DNA from: Vermamoeba vermiformis
Taxonomy: Eukaryota
Reading direction: 5' to 3'
Assembly (NCBI GenBank): GCA_045837725.1
Contig: JBEWZL010000300.1
Coordinates: forward strand, 310,001-374,000
DNA length: 64,000 bases
Shown: positions 12,220 to 28,787 of the stretch, one piece after another
Layout: every line of letters starts with the position of its first letter
Position numbering within the stretch: position 1 is the first letter of the stretch
Notes under the pieces: generated by a model
Seen by the model: only the letters and a program-made list of their open reading frames with translations
Told to the model about the DNA's origin: nothing
Databases searched by the model: none
Position numbers and translations under genes: made by a program

Positions 12220-15009
12220 ATGAAAGCTCTGAAGAGTGTTGGTTCCTTCATAAGTTCTACAGCAACACTCGCACTGTCTCATTTTAGGGCGAGTAATGCT
12301 GCTGACAATACAAAAGCGCAAGCAGAAGTCGATCGAAATGACGAGGAAGATGAAAATTTCGATGCCACTAAATTGGAGGAAATGGCTACAGCATTTATGA
12401 ACAAAGAGGCGTATAGAATAAACGCAGTTCGATTTGGTCTTTCTGATAATAATGAAGAATTTTCGCAGGATGTGCCAATGGAGGTCAGTACTAAGCCCTT
12501 TTGTTTCATAGGCAATTTAATCTGTTGATAGTATTGTAATTTTTCTTACTTATTTATCGAAGAGGTACTACGTAAATACCGAAAATGATGAAATTTGAAT
12601 TATTAAATGAAAGTAAATTTGACTCAAGACTTGTCGTAGCTAAATTGCGCCGGGTATTAACATCTTGTAAATGCCGTTAACAGGACCATTCATTTGACGA
12701 CGAATACTATTCGTTGGGTGAGAAAGAACGCTTGGAAAAGCCCAAATTGCCAGTCGGTGACAGCACGCACAAAGTACTCGAAACAGGTCTCAAGTGGCAG
12801 CGCGGGGCTCTGCTGGGCAGTGGCTCGTTTGGCAAGGGTATGTGCATAGTGCGCGCGTAGTGGCATCGAATTGACACTTGACTGCAGTGTACCTCGGTCT
12901 GAATCTGGACAGTGGTGAGCTGATTGCTGTCAAACAAGTGGAGCTCGTTGGTGACGTCACCATGCACGTGCCCGAACTCGCTGCCCTGCAACACGAGATT
13001 TCAGTGATGCGCACCTTGAACAACGAGAACATTGTGCGGTACTTGGGCAGTTCGATTGAAGAGAATGTGTTCAATATCTTCCTCGAATATGTCCCTGGTG
13101 GCTCCATTGCCTCGCTGATTCGCAAGTTCTCCAAGCTGAACGAGAAGATTATACGGCTGTACACGAAACAGATACTGATGGGTCTCGAGTACCTGCACAG
13201 CCATCAGATCATTCACCGCGACATCAAGGGCGCCAATATCCTCGTGGACAACAAGGGCGTCATCAAGCTCGCGGACTTTGGGGCCTCGCGACGCCTGGAG
13301 GGTCTGTTCGCGCAGACAGGCGAGGGGTGTCGCTCACTGAAGGGCACGGTACGACAACTGATATATATATATAATACATATATATATAGAATGTACACTG
13401 TAGTGCTCAGCTTGCTAACAACCCACGCTGCAGATATTTTGGATGGCCCCTGAAGTGATCAAACAAGAGGGCTATGGTCGCCAAGCAGACATCTGGTCCC
13501 TCGGCTGCACGGTGCTCGAGATGGCTACTGGCACTCCACCTTGGTCCTCGCGCTTTGCAGATCAAGTGAGTGCCATGTTCAACATTGCCACCACTGAAGA
13601 TCCACCTCCCATGCCCGATGATCTCTCAGACGAGGCCAAGGACTTCTTGCTGCACTGCTTCAAGCGGTAAGTGCTGCGAATTCAGCTGCGCGCAGGTGCT
13701 AATGAGACGCACATTTGCAGAAATCCCAAAGAACGGCCCAATGCCACTCGTCTCTTGCAACACCCTTTTGTGGTGTACAGCGAGTAAGTGCTGTCAGTGC
13801 TAGTCCAACGTCATATTAACCACCATTGCTAGTCCAAAGCGCAAGATACCTCATCCCATGCGTCCCTCAGAAATACCCAGCGTGTCTGATGACGAATCGG
13901 ACGAATCAGATCCAGAGCTCGAGTACAGCTACGATGCACTGCAACGATCAGTCAACACGCGCTCACATCGGCACTACCCAGACACGCGTCCCAAGAACAT
14001 TTCCAAGAGTGCCAACTGGGTGTCCGACGAGAGTGACGATGAGTCCAGTGACGAGGACCTGTTGCAAGCGAGCGGTCACTTCAAAGACGCGCAGGACACG
14101 CACTCGTGGTACCAACAGTCGGGCACACCTGTCAAATATCTCGGCAACAAGCTCTCACGCTCCACAACGCGTCGCCGTCGATTCAAATCGGACACATATG
14201 CGCCACAAGAGCTGCACGAGTCACGGAACTATTCGCGCAATTTCAAGACTACACGCATGCACGAGATGGAGGACGACGAGAGCGACTATCACAGTTCATT
14301 TGAAGCCCCACCCGTGCACTACAATCACTCGAAGCAGTACCGCCCGAGTGCTGAGAACAGTCTGCACTCGAGTCAAGAGGACAACAGTGCACCGAGTCCT
14401 AGCGTCAGCTTGACCAAGAAGCCAGTGGCACCTATTCTCAGCACGAACACCACAGCCAAGCTGTTGCCGACCATTCACGAACTGCCCACGCCCAAGACAC
14501 CCAAAGAGACTGGCTCGCATCGACCGCGCAATGAAGGCATGGACATTCATCACCACGGCAGCTTGTTGGTGGACTCAGATGACAGTGACAGCGAGGAGTT
14601 TGAGAGCAGCAAGTTGCAGCAGCTCGTGCATCGCTTGAACTCAGATGAGGCCAGTGACGACGATGTTGATCCGCGCGTGTTGCGGCACAGCGCCATGCTC
14701 GACAGCAGCGACAGTGACAGCGAGAGTGACAGCGACAGCAGTGACAACACGAGTGCGCGCTCCTTCGGCATCACACCCTCGGAGAAACAGTTGCGCGCAT
14801 CGGGCTCGTCAATCACGCGCTCAGGGGCCAAGCGGCGCACGATTGTGATCCGCACCTCGCAGAACCTTGCAACTCCGCAGCCAGCCCCGCCAGTGCCTGA
14901 TCTGCTCGTTGCCCCTGTCTCTGAGCAGCTGCGTGGTCTGCGCGTGTCATCCTCGATTACGGACTCGGACGATGAGCATTGGGACCCGTACAAAGCAGAT
15001 CTGCGTTGA
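12220..15009 (+). CDS. STE11/NPK1-type MAP kinase kinase kinase with long disordered acidic C-terminal tail (multi-exon)
   Basis: [78 protein letters not shown]. Confidence 0.92.
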
Positions 15010-15193
15010 AATCCGTTCGCGAAATTTTGTAAAGAATCCAAGTATTTGGCTTGTATTATAGTGATGTAAATAGCGACCCGTCATAAAAGTATTGTACAGA
15101 GAGACCGTTTGATTTTTTGCATTTTATTCTCGTAAATTTAGCTAAACAATCAACAACAACAACCCTCTTAACAATAGACTAGTACATGCTTCG

Positions 15194-16076
15194 ATGAGCA
15201 GAAAGCGAGGTCCACAAACAACAGCTTCGAGTGACTCAATTCAAGCTCCCAATCCAGGCCCATCACGGTTGCAATTAAGCACAGGAAATGAACCCCCTCC
15301 ATTATTTCCTGTAAGTAGGGCACTATTTACATATGTATTGCATTATTTTTTATTATTCTGAATTTTGTTTCCATAATTCTGTTTACTGCACGGATCGGAT
15401 CCAGTTCGATTGAAATAGAAAAATGCACTATAAAATAAATATAAATATTATTCGCATGTTTAACGAATGCATTTAGCCAATGGAAAAACTTCCTCCCTTA
15501 CCCCAATTGAATCCACGAGAGCAGTACCTCGCTTCAAAGAGTGAAGAGATGAAGATGCGTTTTCGTTATTCTCCTTATTATGTAGAGCCACCCAAAGCGA
15601 AGAGAGAGGTAGAGAAATTCTCGGATCGGATCATTCAACAAACTGTCAAGCCAAAGGTGTACAACTTGCTCAAAGATTTTGGCGATTCATTCCCCTACGA
15701 ACTATTGAAAAGATCGCGAAAAAAAGTGGATAGAACCAGCATGCAAGGTACAGTATTGCCAAACAGTAACGCGGTGCAAATTTTGTGTTGACGCGCCTTA
15801 ATAGATCGCACGCTTCGAGGGTTCGACGAGCTGGAGAAGAGAGAAGCAGCCTACAAGGTACTTGCTTGGTCACAAATTGCCCATATAGTAGCATAATAAC
15901 AATCGATACAGGAGGGTGATCGTCGCGAGAAAGACAAAGAGGAAGACGAAGACGAAGTGATGGCCGAGGACGAAGAAGAAGACAACGACGAGTTCCAAGA
16001 CTACAACATCAACGAATTTGATGACGACGATGAGGGAGTGGGCAGTGAGCCTGAAGACAACGAACCTGTCATGTAG
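15194..16076 (+). CDS. POLR3G: RNA polymerase III subunit RPC7/C31 (multi-exon)
   Basis: PPPLFP, FRYSPYYV, VEKFSDR and FPYELL motifs followed by a long D/E-rich tail, the typical C31/RPC32 layout. Confidence 0.8.
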
Positions 16077-16239
16077 ACGCAGGTGCAATTCTAATATGTA
16101 CATAGTCGATGCATCCTTTAATAATATAAAGCAAAAAGGTGTCGTGTAAATGAGTGCACTGGTGCTAGTATGAACAAATGGTTTATTTGCCAGCAGAGTA
16201 CTAACAGAGGTTTTGAGAGATTACAAATTTTTACAAGTT

Positions 16240-16356
16240 TTAAATAAAAGTGTACAAGGCTGAAATAAAATCTAACTAGATTCTACATTTCAAAATGTCA
16301 CATAAATAAAGTCATAAATAAGTATGCATTAGATAGCATAATAAATAATTAAATAA
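16240..16356 (-). promoter_or_regulatory. Cluster of AU-rich elements in the 3' UTR of the TTP-family gene
   Basis: Plus-strand ATAAATAA at 16302, 16314 and 16341 and TAAATAA at about 16241 and 16350 read UUAUUUAU/UUAUUUA on the mRNA, just downstream of the stop at 16368. Confidence 0.6.
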
Positions 16357-16367
16357 GGTGCGACTCC

Positions 16368-17423
16368 TTAATTAGTAAAGCGCTGGAAGATGGGCAATCG
16401 ACCAACAGAAGCGCGCTTTGAGGGCGAGTCCTCGGGTGAAGTGGATGCAATGCTGAGGGCACCAAAAGCGGAGTCGAGGGGCACTTCAGAGGAGACAGGA
16501 CTCGGCACTAAGAGTGGTGCAGACCAGATAGAGTGCGTGGGCTGAGGAGTGGGGATCATCTGAGGAGGACTGATGACAGGGCTGGGCACTGAGTGTTCGA
16601 CAACAGCGCTGGACACTGGGATGTGCTCGGACTCCACGGGGTACTGCGCTTGAGGGGCTTGCGACTGTTGGGCCAAAGAGTTGGCGCGCAGAGAGGGGTT
16701 GTGAATGAAGCGACAACGAGTACCATAAGGACAAGTGCCTTGTGTGTGGAAGGTTTTGCAGATCTCAGTTTTGTACTTGGGATGACGCATGATAGTGCGA
16801 AGCTCGTCCTTGCCGTGCGCAAACTGACACTTGTTACCATATCTGCATGCACCAGTTTCGGTCCAAGAGCGGCAGAGTTCAGTTTTGTAAAGAGATTGCT
16901 GGGTAAGTTCATCTTCAATTTCATTCTTTTTCTTTGGGTCCAATTGATTAATTAAGACAGGCTCTTCAGGAGGAGTATTCTTTTTAGGGCTTTTGGTGCT
17001 GGGACCCCAAGGATTGGGTGCGGATTTGACGTTCACGAATTCAGGCTGGGATCCAGGTCGGGGTTGTTGCTGAGGGGTCGGGGCAATTGTGGGAACCTCG
17101 ATCTTCTTCATTGCTGTCATAGGAGCAGGTACCACATAGTCCCATGAAGATTGATTCGAGACCGGAACAAAATAGTATTGTTGCTGATTCGACATCCCCG
17201 AAGATTCTACAGAGCTCATCGGAGTCTTCTGCTGCACTATTTTAGGCTTGGATTGCATAGGGGCTTCTGTTACTGGTGTCCACGAATTTGAGTAGCCATT
17301 AGCATTGGCAGATGGTGCTGTTTGAGGCCAGCCGCTCTGTTTCGAGACTACATTCCATTGCCATTGCGAGTTCAATGGGGTGTTCCATTCATTATTGATT
17401 GGTTGGTGTGTTGTTGACCACAT
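16368..17423 (-). CDS. ZFP36: Tristetraprolin-family tandem CCCH zinc-finger mRNA decay factor (intronless)
   Basis: [27 protein letters not shown] and [26 protein letters not shown] with canonical spacing. The C-terminal RLPIFQRF matches the TTP CNOT1-binding motif. Confidence 0.93.
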   Translation of the reverse strand: MWSTTHQPINNEWNTPLNSQWQWNVVSKQSGWPQTAPSANANGYSNSWTPVTEAPMQSKPKIVQQKTPMSSVESSGMSNQQQYYFVPVSNQSSWDYVVPAPMTAMKKIEVPTIAPTPQQQPRPGSQPEFVNVKSAPNPWGPSTKSPKKNTPPEEPVLINQLDPKKKNEIEDELTQQSLYKTELCRSWTETGACRYGNKCQFAHGKDELRTIMRHPKYKTEICKTFHTQGTCPYGTRCRFIHNPSLRANSLAQQSQAPQAQYPVESEHIPVSSAVVEHSVPSPVISPPQMIPTPQPTHSIWSAPLLVPSPVSSEVPLDSAFGALSIASTSPEDSPSKRASVGRLPIFQRFTN

Positions 17424-17800
17424 CGGTTCCGAGATTTACAATATTAAACAATAGGGGGTAAATTATGAATACAGTAATTATGAAAATACACAGTAATAAA
17501 AAAAAATGTACACAAAGCTGGTAACACAATCTACCACGAGAACAAAGCAAGTAGTGGTCGTGTCTTTAAGAGAGTTATTAGAAAGATTGTATTTTTTTGC
17601 TTTCGGGTTTTGGGTCAAATTTTTTCTGCGGCCGCGCGAACAATCACAGAAATTCCATCAGAATCTGAGAGCCAGGCAAGTTTTGATTTACTTGTAAGGC
17701 CCTTGAGTTGAAGGTTACCTACCTAGCCCTTCTTTTGGTTGGGTGATTGCGTCGGATCTTTTTCTCGCGTTTCTATTTTTGCATTTGTTTTCTCGGCACA

Positions 17801-20477
<2,677 letters not shown>

Positions 20478-20567
20478 TTGCCATATTTGTACATAGCACT
20501 GTAAATAACACGCCCTTGGTAAATACATCGCAACTTTAAACTACATGGACTATATAACACAAATGAA

Positions 20568-21461
<894 letters not shown>

Positions 21462-21855
21462 TGTGCTAAAAATACAACAATTATTCACCAGTAATTATAA
21501 TTGTGACAATAATATTACTTGAAGTAATAACTGCCAGTATTAATGTGGCTAGTATTATTTAAAAATAGAGGGCTTTTTTGGCTTTTTCCAACACAATTCA
21601 TTATTCAGATCTGATCGTTCTCGAGAAATGCATTAATTAATAATATTACCTTGAGCTTTAATTTAATACTAATGTGTGCTACTAGTTCGACGACTTTTCT
21701 TTGTTCTGTGAAATATTGTTCATTCAATTTGGTTTGAAAGTTTTTTATTTGCGCAAAATACAGCACGAGGCATGTGTTCAGTCACGTGCTCTGTCACGTG
21801 ATCGATCAGTGCACTCGAACATTGCCCAGTGCCATAATGACAGAACTGCACCACG

Positions 21856-22197
21856 ATGAGCTCACCTGTTGCAAAAGATCCACGTCGTTGGATCAACTTG
21901 TTCAGCTTTGGCTTGGAGAAGTGTTCCGTGCAGGTACTTCAGCGACACGTACTAGCACATTCGAGTGCATAATATTGAATGATTATATCATAGGCCTTGA
22001 CGTACGGCAAGTGTTTGGTGACGAAAGCTGAAACGATCGGTAAAAACGCATGCGCTGCGGAGTGGCAAGAATTTCAAGCGTGCTACAAACAAGTGGTATG
22101 TGCTGCGACTACTAATATATACATCGTGCTATTATTGTCGCTGCGTAATTAATTTTTGTTGCAGATGCGTGACGGCAAGCGATACCGCCGAGTGTAA
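21856..22197 (+). CDS. NDUFAF8: Twin CX9C protein, complex I assembly factor NDUFAF8-like (3 exons; not in ORF track)
   Basis: Spliced product MSSPVAKDPRRWINLFSFGLEKCSVQ|ALTYGKCLVTKAETIGKNACAAEWQEFQACYKQV|MRDGKRYRRV* has two CX9C motifs with YGxC and CAxE, as in NDUFAF8. Confidence 0.8.
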
Positions 22198-22376
22198 ATA
22201 CAGGGACAGCAATTGTAGATTCATATGTATGTGTTATATAGCGAATAGGGCGAATAGAACAGAAGTAAATACAAGGTTTAATTGATAAATAAGACGAGCT
22301 ATAATAACATGGAGCAGATGTACCTCGCACTGAGAGGCACACTTGCAACTATATTCAAAGGACACTAGTGCTGCAC

Positions 22377-23618
22377 TTAAATGCTGAACACGACTATTGT
22401 GAGCACTATCAGCACGATGATCAGTGCGATGATGATGCACATCTGACCGTTGTCTGGTACAACAATTCGTTAGTCGCGTTCACTGAACGGCTAGTGCCAC
22501 CATGTCCATATATGGTGCACCAGACCATGTGTGTGGCACCAGGCCACTACGTACCCTTCGCGCGCTTGATGAGATCGTTGACCTGTTTAGTGGCCCCCTG
22601 CAGTCTGCCGTGCGTGTCCGTCACTTCGGTGTCGAACTGTTCCAACGCGTGCAACTGACCGCGCAGCTCGCTGTTGATCTCGCGACCTACCTCACCGAGC
22701 TGCACCACCGTGTCGCCCAGCTGACCGAGGTCTTGATCTTGCCGCGCGTAGATCTGATCCTGGTGCTGCGCCTCGTTGTCGATAAAGTCCTGGTTGTCGC
22801 GCCGCAGTTCGTCTTCGAGGCGTTTGTAGCGCGAGTTCTGACGCGTGGGATTGACCAGGGCCTGCAGATGACACGTGTCAAACAGAGGTCAGTAAAGAGT
22901 GACACGTACATTGCGCTGATCCATTTGAATGCGCATCTTGGTCTCCAAGCTCGTCAGGTCCTCTTTGAGTGCACTCACTGTGCGGCGTGTCGTGTCAATG
23001 TAGCGCTTGCGGCTCTCAATCTCACTGCGCTCCACGAGACCCTTGCGCTCTACAATACGTGTGAGGAGTTAAGGGACAGGGGTGTATATAATAGTGGCTG
23101 TATAATAGTGCGTGAAAGGATATCTAACGTCTCTTCCAGATCTGCGAGCTCTTCGTCCACCCTGCGGCGTCAGTCAGTAGCAGCACGTGTATATATGTGT
23201 ATATGTGTGAGTGCAGCAGAGTACGCACCCGTCAATGTTCTGCAGGATCTGGTCGTTGAGGTACTTGAACTCGGGATTGTTGGCGGTGTTGCCGCTGTTC
23301 AGAATGGTCTTCCACTTGTCGTACAGACTGTTGATGCCTGACAGCGAGGACTCGATGGAGCTGCGCAGTGATTGGTCAGTGATCATGACCGTGTGCGTGC
23401 AGTGCGCAGGTGTATGGTCGCGAATTATCCGATTTTTATTGTAATAAATAAATACGAAAAAAATAAAATAAGACTGCGCAGCTAGGAATATGCAATAATA
23501 GCGCACATATGAATGTTATTTATCATAAAAATATTAATTTAATATTGCGTGGGGTATTTATGTTGTAACCGACTTACTCTTTAATTACAAAGAACGGATC
23601 TCGTTTTTTATTGTCCAT
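22377..23618 (-). CDS. STX6: Syntaxin-6/Tlg1-type Qc SNARE (multi-exon)
   Basis: N-terminal DPFFVIKE and SLYDKWKTIL..EFKYL segments, a SNARE motif region (EQDQDLGQLG...) and a C-terminal TM segment CIIIALIIVLIVLTIVVFSI*. Confidence 0.85.
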
Positions 23619-23922
23619 ATTGGCTGTGTAATAGCTCTAGTAATATATGTGTAATTACTAGACGCCGTGTTGTGTTCAATAGTCACAATGTGTCAAATAG
23701 CAACATGAAAATGTCCATCCAGTTCAAATTCAAACACGTGCTTGTTCGTCAGATCTGGGGCTTGTTAAGCACTCAAGACTCGCGTGAGTAATTAGCACGA
23801 GTATTATAATACGATATTTATTGCAATTGAAGTTCAGACTCGCGATCTGTCGTTCAAAAAGTCATTTCAGTACACAGCACATGTAGCATTGAGACGAGTG
23901 ATCTGTCGAATATATTACTGTC

Positions 23923-24503
23923 TTATACAAATACACCGGTCCAGAGCAACAGGTAGAGTGAGCCGAGGCCTAAGAATGTAGCAGCCAAGCCTGCAATCGA
24001 GAGCTCTTTGAACAGATTTCGCTTAGGTGAACCAACACCAGTAGTGGAGGTAGTGACCTCATAGCTATATAGATGCATATGTTAGTACTGCTAGTAGCTG
24101 TATGATGCGGTAGATCCGCTGAGTCCACGTACGTGAAGAACCAAGTCAAGAACAAGAGTCCGAGCGTGAGGCACGAGACAGTCAAGAGCGGATGCGCAGT
24201 GAGCGGTACTGGCGGAGTATAGGGCAGTGTTTGACTAGGCAACTCGGCTAGAATATATAATGAGAGGTCAGTAAGAATTATTTTGAAAAAGATATTTTAT
24301 TATTATTATTTGAGCAGCAGTATTGATCTCAGCTCGCATATTCCTCGAATAATATTGACCACTAATTAATATTAATATTGAGCAACATGTCCTGCAGCTG
24401 AGGACGTGGATGGCATCAGAGTTGTTAAGTCAAACTTTTTCTTACCAGCGGCGACTACAGCCAACAAAGTGCTGAGAATAGCAAGTGAGACTAGTGCGCG
24501 CAT
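23923..24503 (-). CDS. TMEM258: OST subunit TMEM258/Ost5 with N-terminal signal-peptide-like extension (3 exons)
   Basis: YTPPVPLTAHPLLTVSCLTLGLLFLTWFFT|YEVT...LFKELSIAGLAATFLGLGSLYLLLWTGVFV* matches TMEM258. The first exon MRALVSLAILSTLLAVVAA splices in frame. Confidence 0.88.
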
Positions 24504-24659
24504 GATTGTACGACTATGAGTGTTGTTATTATGAATGTGCAGTGCGACTCTTGTTCGTGTCGGTGACAGAGCTGAAAAATAATGTGCAGCGTCAGTAGCT
24601 CATTGTTATCGATTGCTCGCTTACAGAGGCCACATAGTCGCATCTGTATATATACTCGA

Positions 24660-27600
24660 ATGGGCAAGACTCGCTTTTCATCGTTGGATGTGACCATCGC
24701 AGTGCGGGACCTGCGTGCAAAAGCGCTCGGACTGCGCGTGGCCAATGTGTACGACATTAATGCGCGCACTTACCTCATCAAGCTCGCGCGACCAGTACGT
24801 ATATATAGTGCTGCTGATGCTGTTTGGAATTTTAATTTCTTGGTTGGATCGCGAATTGGAAATTAAATTCAGAAATTCAAATTTGTGGCTAATACCACTC
24901 CCATAAATGCCTATAATTACAGAGGCACCATACGATGCTAACAGCACGGATCAGGATCAAAAAGTGTTTCTCATGCTGGAGAGTGGAGTGCGCTTTCACT
25001 CGACCAAGTTCTCGCGCGACAAGAACGACGTGCCCTCCGTGTTCTGCATGAAGGTACGTGCACCTCTATATATACACTAAGGACGCGTACTTAGCGTGCT
25101 GGCAGTTGCGCAAGCACATCCGCACGAAGCGACTGGAAGAGGTGCGTCAGCTGGGCATGGACCGCGTGGTGGTGTTCACATTCGGTGCGGGCAATGTGCA
25201 GTGCCACTTGATCATGGAGCTCTACGCTGCGGTGAGTACTGCGCCGTGCTGCTGTCACAGGGTGCTGACTGAGTACTGCAGGGCAATCTGATTCTCACCG
25301 ACGAGAACTACAAGATTCTGACCCTGCTGCGCACGTACAAGTCCGAGGACGACAACGTGAACATCTCGGTCGGGCAGATCTATCCCGTGCAGCAGAGCAA
25401 GGCCCTCGAAGCAGTGAGTGTGCAGCGCGTGCAAGAGATGTGTCGCAGCGGTGCGGACAAGAGCATCAAAGAGAACTTGAACAAGACCTTCTGTAAGTGT
25501 CACTCTCGTCTAGTGTTATTATTGACACCTGTCACACAGTGTTCGGCACGGAGATGATCGATCACTGTCTGTTGAGTGCGGGCATCAGTCCCAAGCAGCA
25601 CGTGACTGAGAACGGTAAGTGGCCATTCAGTGAACGCGCACAGTGACTGATCATGACACGTGTCAATGAGCAGACAGCGCGACGATTGAACGACTGGTGA
25701 GTGCGCTGAGTGCAGCACGTGACTTTGTGGTGAGTGGCACAGTGACACCAGGCTACATCACGTACAAAGATCTGAGTGCCAAGAAAGAGAAGAGCAGTGC
25801 CAGTGCGAACAAGAAGAAGGGCAAAAAGAACAAGAACAACAACAATAATAATAACAACAATAATAATAACAATAATAATAATAACAATGTGAATGAGGGC
25901 GAGGAGAAGGACACTGCTAATAATAGCAACACCAATGCTACCAACAACACTGCGAGTGACGCGACACAGCCCAGCGAGGGTGCCTCAGTGACAGGTGTCA
26001 ATGTAAACACTCCGAGCGAAGTCACTGCCCCGAGTGAGACCCTTGATCTGTAAGTCACTGTTTGACACGTGTCATCGCCTCACTTCTAACGCCGACAACT
26101 AGCTACGACATGTTCTTGCCATATTTGTACAAGCAGTGCGAGACAGCCAAGCGCAGTGAGTTCGCAGACTTTGACGCGGCAGTGGACGAATTCTTCTCCA
26201 AGATTGAGGCGCAGAAAGAGGCCGTGGAGCAGAAGGAGAAGGAGCACAATGTGACCAAGAAGTTGGACAAGGTCAAAGAGGACCAAGAGCGCCGCATCAA
26301 AGCCCTGGCCAATCAGGAGGAAGACAACACACTGAGCGCACAGCTGATTGAAGCCAATGCCCCGCTGGTGGACCACTTGATTCAGACCCTCAACAGCTTG
26401 ATTGCCGCGCAGATGAGCTGGCAGCAGATCAAAGATGTGGTCAAGCAAGAGAAGAAGAAGGGCGACCCTGTTGCCTCGGCCATTCACGAGCTCAAGCTGC
26501 AGACCAATCAAGTCACCGTGCTGCTCTATCAGAACCTCGAGACCGACGACGAGGACGAGCACTCGATGCCCGCCAAGAAGATTGACATTGATCTCTCGCT
26601 CGGTGCCCTGGCCAATGCCACCGAGTACTACAAGAAGAAGAAGAAAGCCACTGAAAAGAAGCAGAAGACGCTCAATGTCGCTGAGACGGTGATGAAAGCT
26701 GCCGAGAAGAAGGTGCGCAAACAGCTGCAAGAGGTGCGCACGCAGTCCACGATCAACAAGATACGCAAGCCCTACTGGTTTGAGAAGTTCAATTGGTGCA
26801 TCAGCTCTGACGGCTACATCATCGTCAGTGGTCGCGACATGCAGCAGAACGAGGTAACGCTGTCTATATTATATGCGCGCCTATGAGTGCCGCACTGACC
26901 AGTCGCAGATGTTGTACAAGCGCTACATGCAGCAGAATGACATCTACGTGCACGCAGATCTCAGCGGTGCCAGCACGTGCATCATCAAGAACCCGACTGC
27001 TGATCGTAAGTGCACTGTGCTGCGGTGTTGTGCAATCACGTGATCACTGACCAATCACATCACAGCGGTGCCCCCGCGCACACTGAACGAAGCAGGCAGC
27101 CTGTCAGTGTGTTACAGCAAGGCCTGGAACTCCAAGATTGTGACCTCTGCCTACTGGGTCAAGTCCAATCAGGTCTCCAAGACTGCACCCTCGGGCGAGT
27201 ACCTCACCACGGGCAGTTTCATGATCCGCGGCACCAAGAACTACTTGCCGCCCTCCAACTTGCAGATGGGTCTCGCACTCTTGTTCCGCGTGGCTGACGA
27301 GTCGATTGTGAATCACATCAACGAGCGCAAGCCCAAGCTGTTGAGTCAGGAGGAAGAGGACCGCGAGGCCATTGAGCGCGACAAGCTGCAGAAGCGCATG
27401 GAGGACAAGCACGAGTCACAGAACAGTGCTGCACCGAGCAGTGAGGGACAGAGCAGTGCAGTCACATCTGCTGACAGTGCCGCGCAAGAGAAAGAGGACG
27501 AGAGTGGCGAAGAGGTCGTGGACGACACGCTGTCGAATGACGATGGCACGGAGATACTGCATCAGAACGAAGACGCGAACAACACGAATGAGAGGGAGGA

Positions 27601-28701
27601 CGAGGAGAGTGATTCGCAGTCTGATCCGGCCAAAGAGGCCCTCATCGATCAGATCGAACAGCACCCGCCCAGCAAAGAGGACATTGACCGCGGCGATGAG
27701 AGTGACGACGAAGAGAGCTTTGACGAGTCAGATGAGGACGAGGGACGCGAGGACCTGATCAACTCCTCGAGCTCCAAGTACTCCATCTCACTCGTGCGCG
27801 ATGAGCCCGAAGAAGAGAGCGCGGACACCACGAACAACAGCGCGCAGGCCAGTGCTGAGAGCCGCAAGAAGAAGTTGTCAGCGCACGAGCGACGTCAGTT
27901 GAAGCGTCAACAGCAAGGCAAGCCAGTCACCGATCAGCCTCGTCCCCCCAAAGCACAGGCCAAGAAAGACAAACAAAAGCCCATGACGCGCGGTCAGAAG
28001 AACAAGATGAAGTTGATCAAAAAGAAGTACGGCAATCAAGACGCAGAAGAGCGCGAGGCCATGATGAAGTTGTTGCAGCCTGCTGGTCCTGCCAAGAGCG
28101 AGGAGCCTGAGAGTGTGAAGCCGAAAGAGACGAAGAAAGAAGTGGAGCAACAGAACGTGGAGGAGATCAAGAAGCGCACCGAAAAGCGACTGACCACCGC
28201 GCAGAAACGACTGGCCAAGGAGAAAGAGGAAGAAGAGATTCGCATGCTGCTCAAAGAGGAGAAGTTGGAGCTGTTGAGCGATGCAGACAAGAAGAAGTTG
28301 GAAGAGATTGAGGCCAAGGGTCTCGGTGTCAATCTCGCCGCACTCACGGGCATGGTACGTACCATTACGTGCTCGGTACAGCTAGATAGGTATACTAACA
28401 GCGCTTTGTTCAGCCCAAGAAAGAAGACATCTTGATGTACGCAGTGCCCGTCTGTGCCCCCTACGAGTCACTCAGCAGCTACAAGTACAAGGTCAAGCTC
28501 ACACCTGGCGCGCTCAAGAAGGGCAAGGCCTCCAAGCTGGCACTGGGCGTGTTCTTGAAGCACGGCGAGGCCACTGAGCGCGAGCGAGAATTGATCAAAG
28601 CCATTCCCGAAGTGGAGCTGATTCAAGCAATCATCAGCGACTGCAAGGTCACTGCGCCTGGTCTGCAAGCTGTGCAGCGTCAGAACAAGAAACGGAAATA
28701 G
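24660..28701 (+). CDS. NEMF: Ribosome quality control subunit NEMF/Rqc2 (multi-exon)
   Basis: [93 protein letters not shown] and the C-terminal [23 protein letters not shown]. Confidence 0.96.
25835..25888 (+). repeat. (AAC/AAT)18 trinucleotide tract encoding poly-Asn in NEMF
   Basis: 18 consecutive AAC/AAT codons in frame. Confidence 0.95.
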
Positions 28702-28787
28702 ATCTGTTGCGCACATGTAATAAATAATCCTCATTAACACTAGTCTCGCTCTAAGTGAATATTTAATTCAGTTTGAATGTCATCGGC

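Noticed and set aside
22502-23341. 279-aa plus-strand ORF and other long antisense ORFs (e.g. 26086-26730, 48137-48664, 56278-56850, 62430-62969)
   Set aside because: They are shadows of well-supported genes on the opposite strand and are explained by codon bias; no recognisable motifs.
25835-25888. Poly-Asn tract in NEMF and Q/P-rich repeats in NBR1 (about 59700-59830)
   Set aside because: Ordinary low-complexity slippage tracts in disordered linkers.
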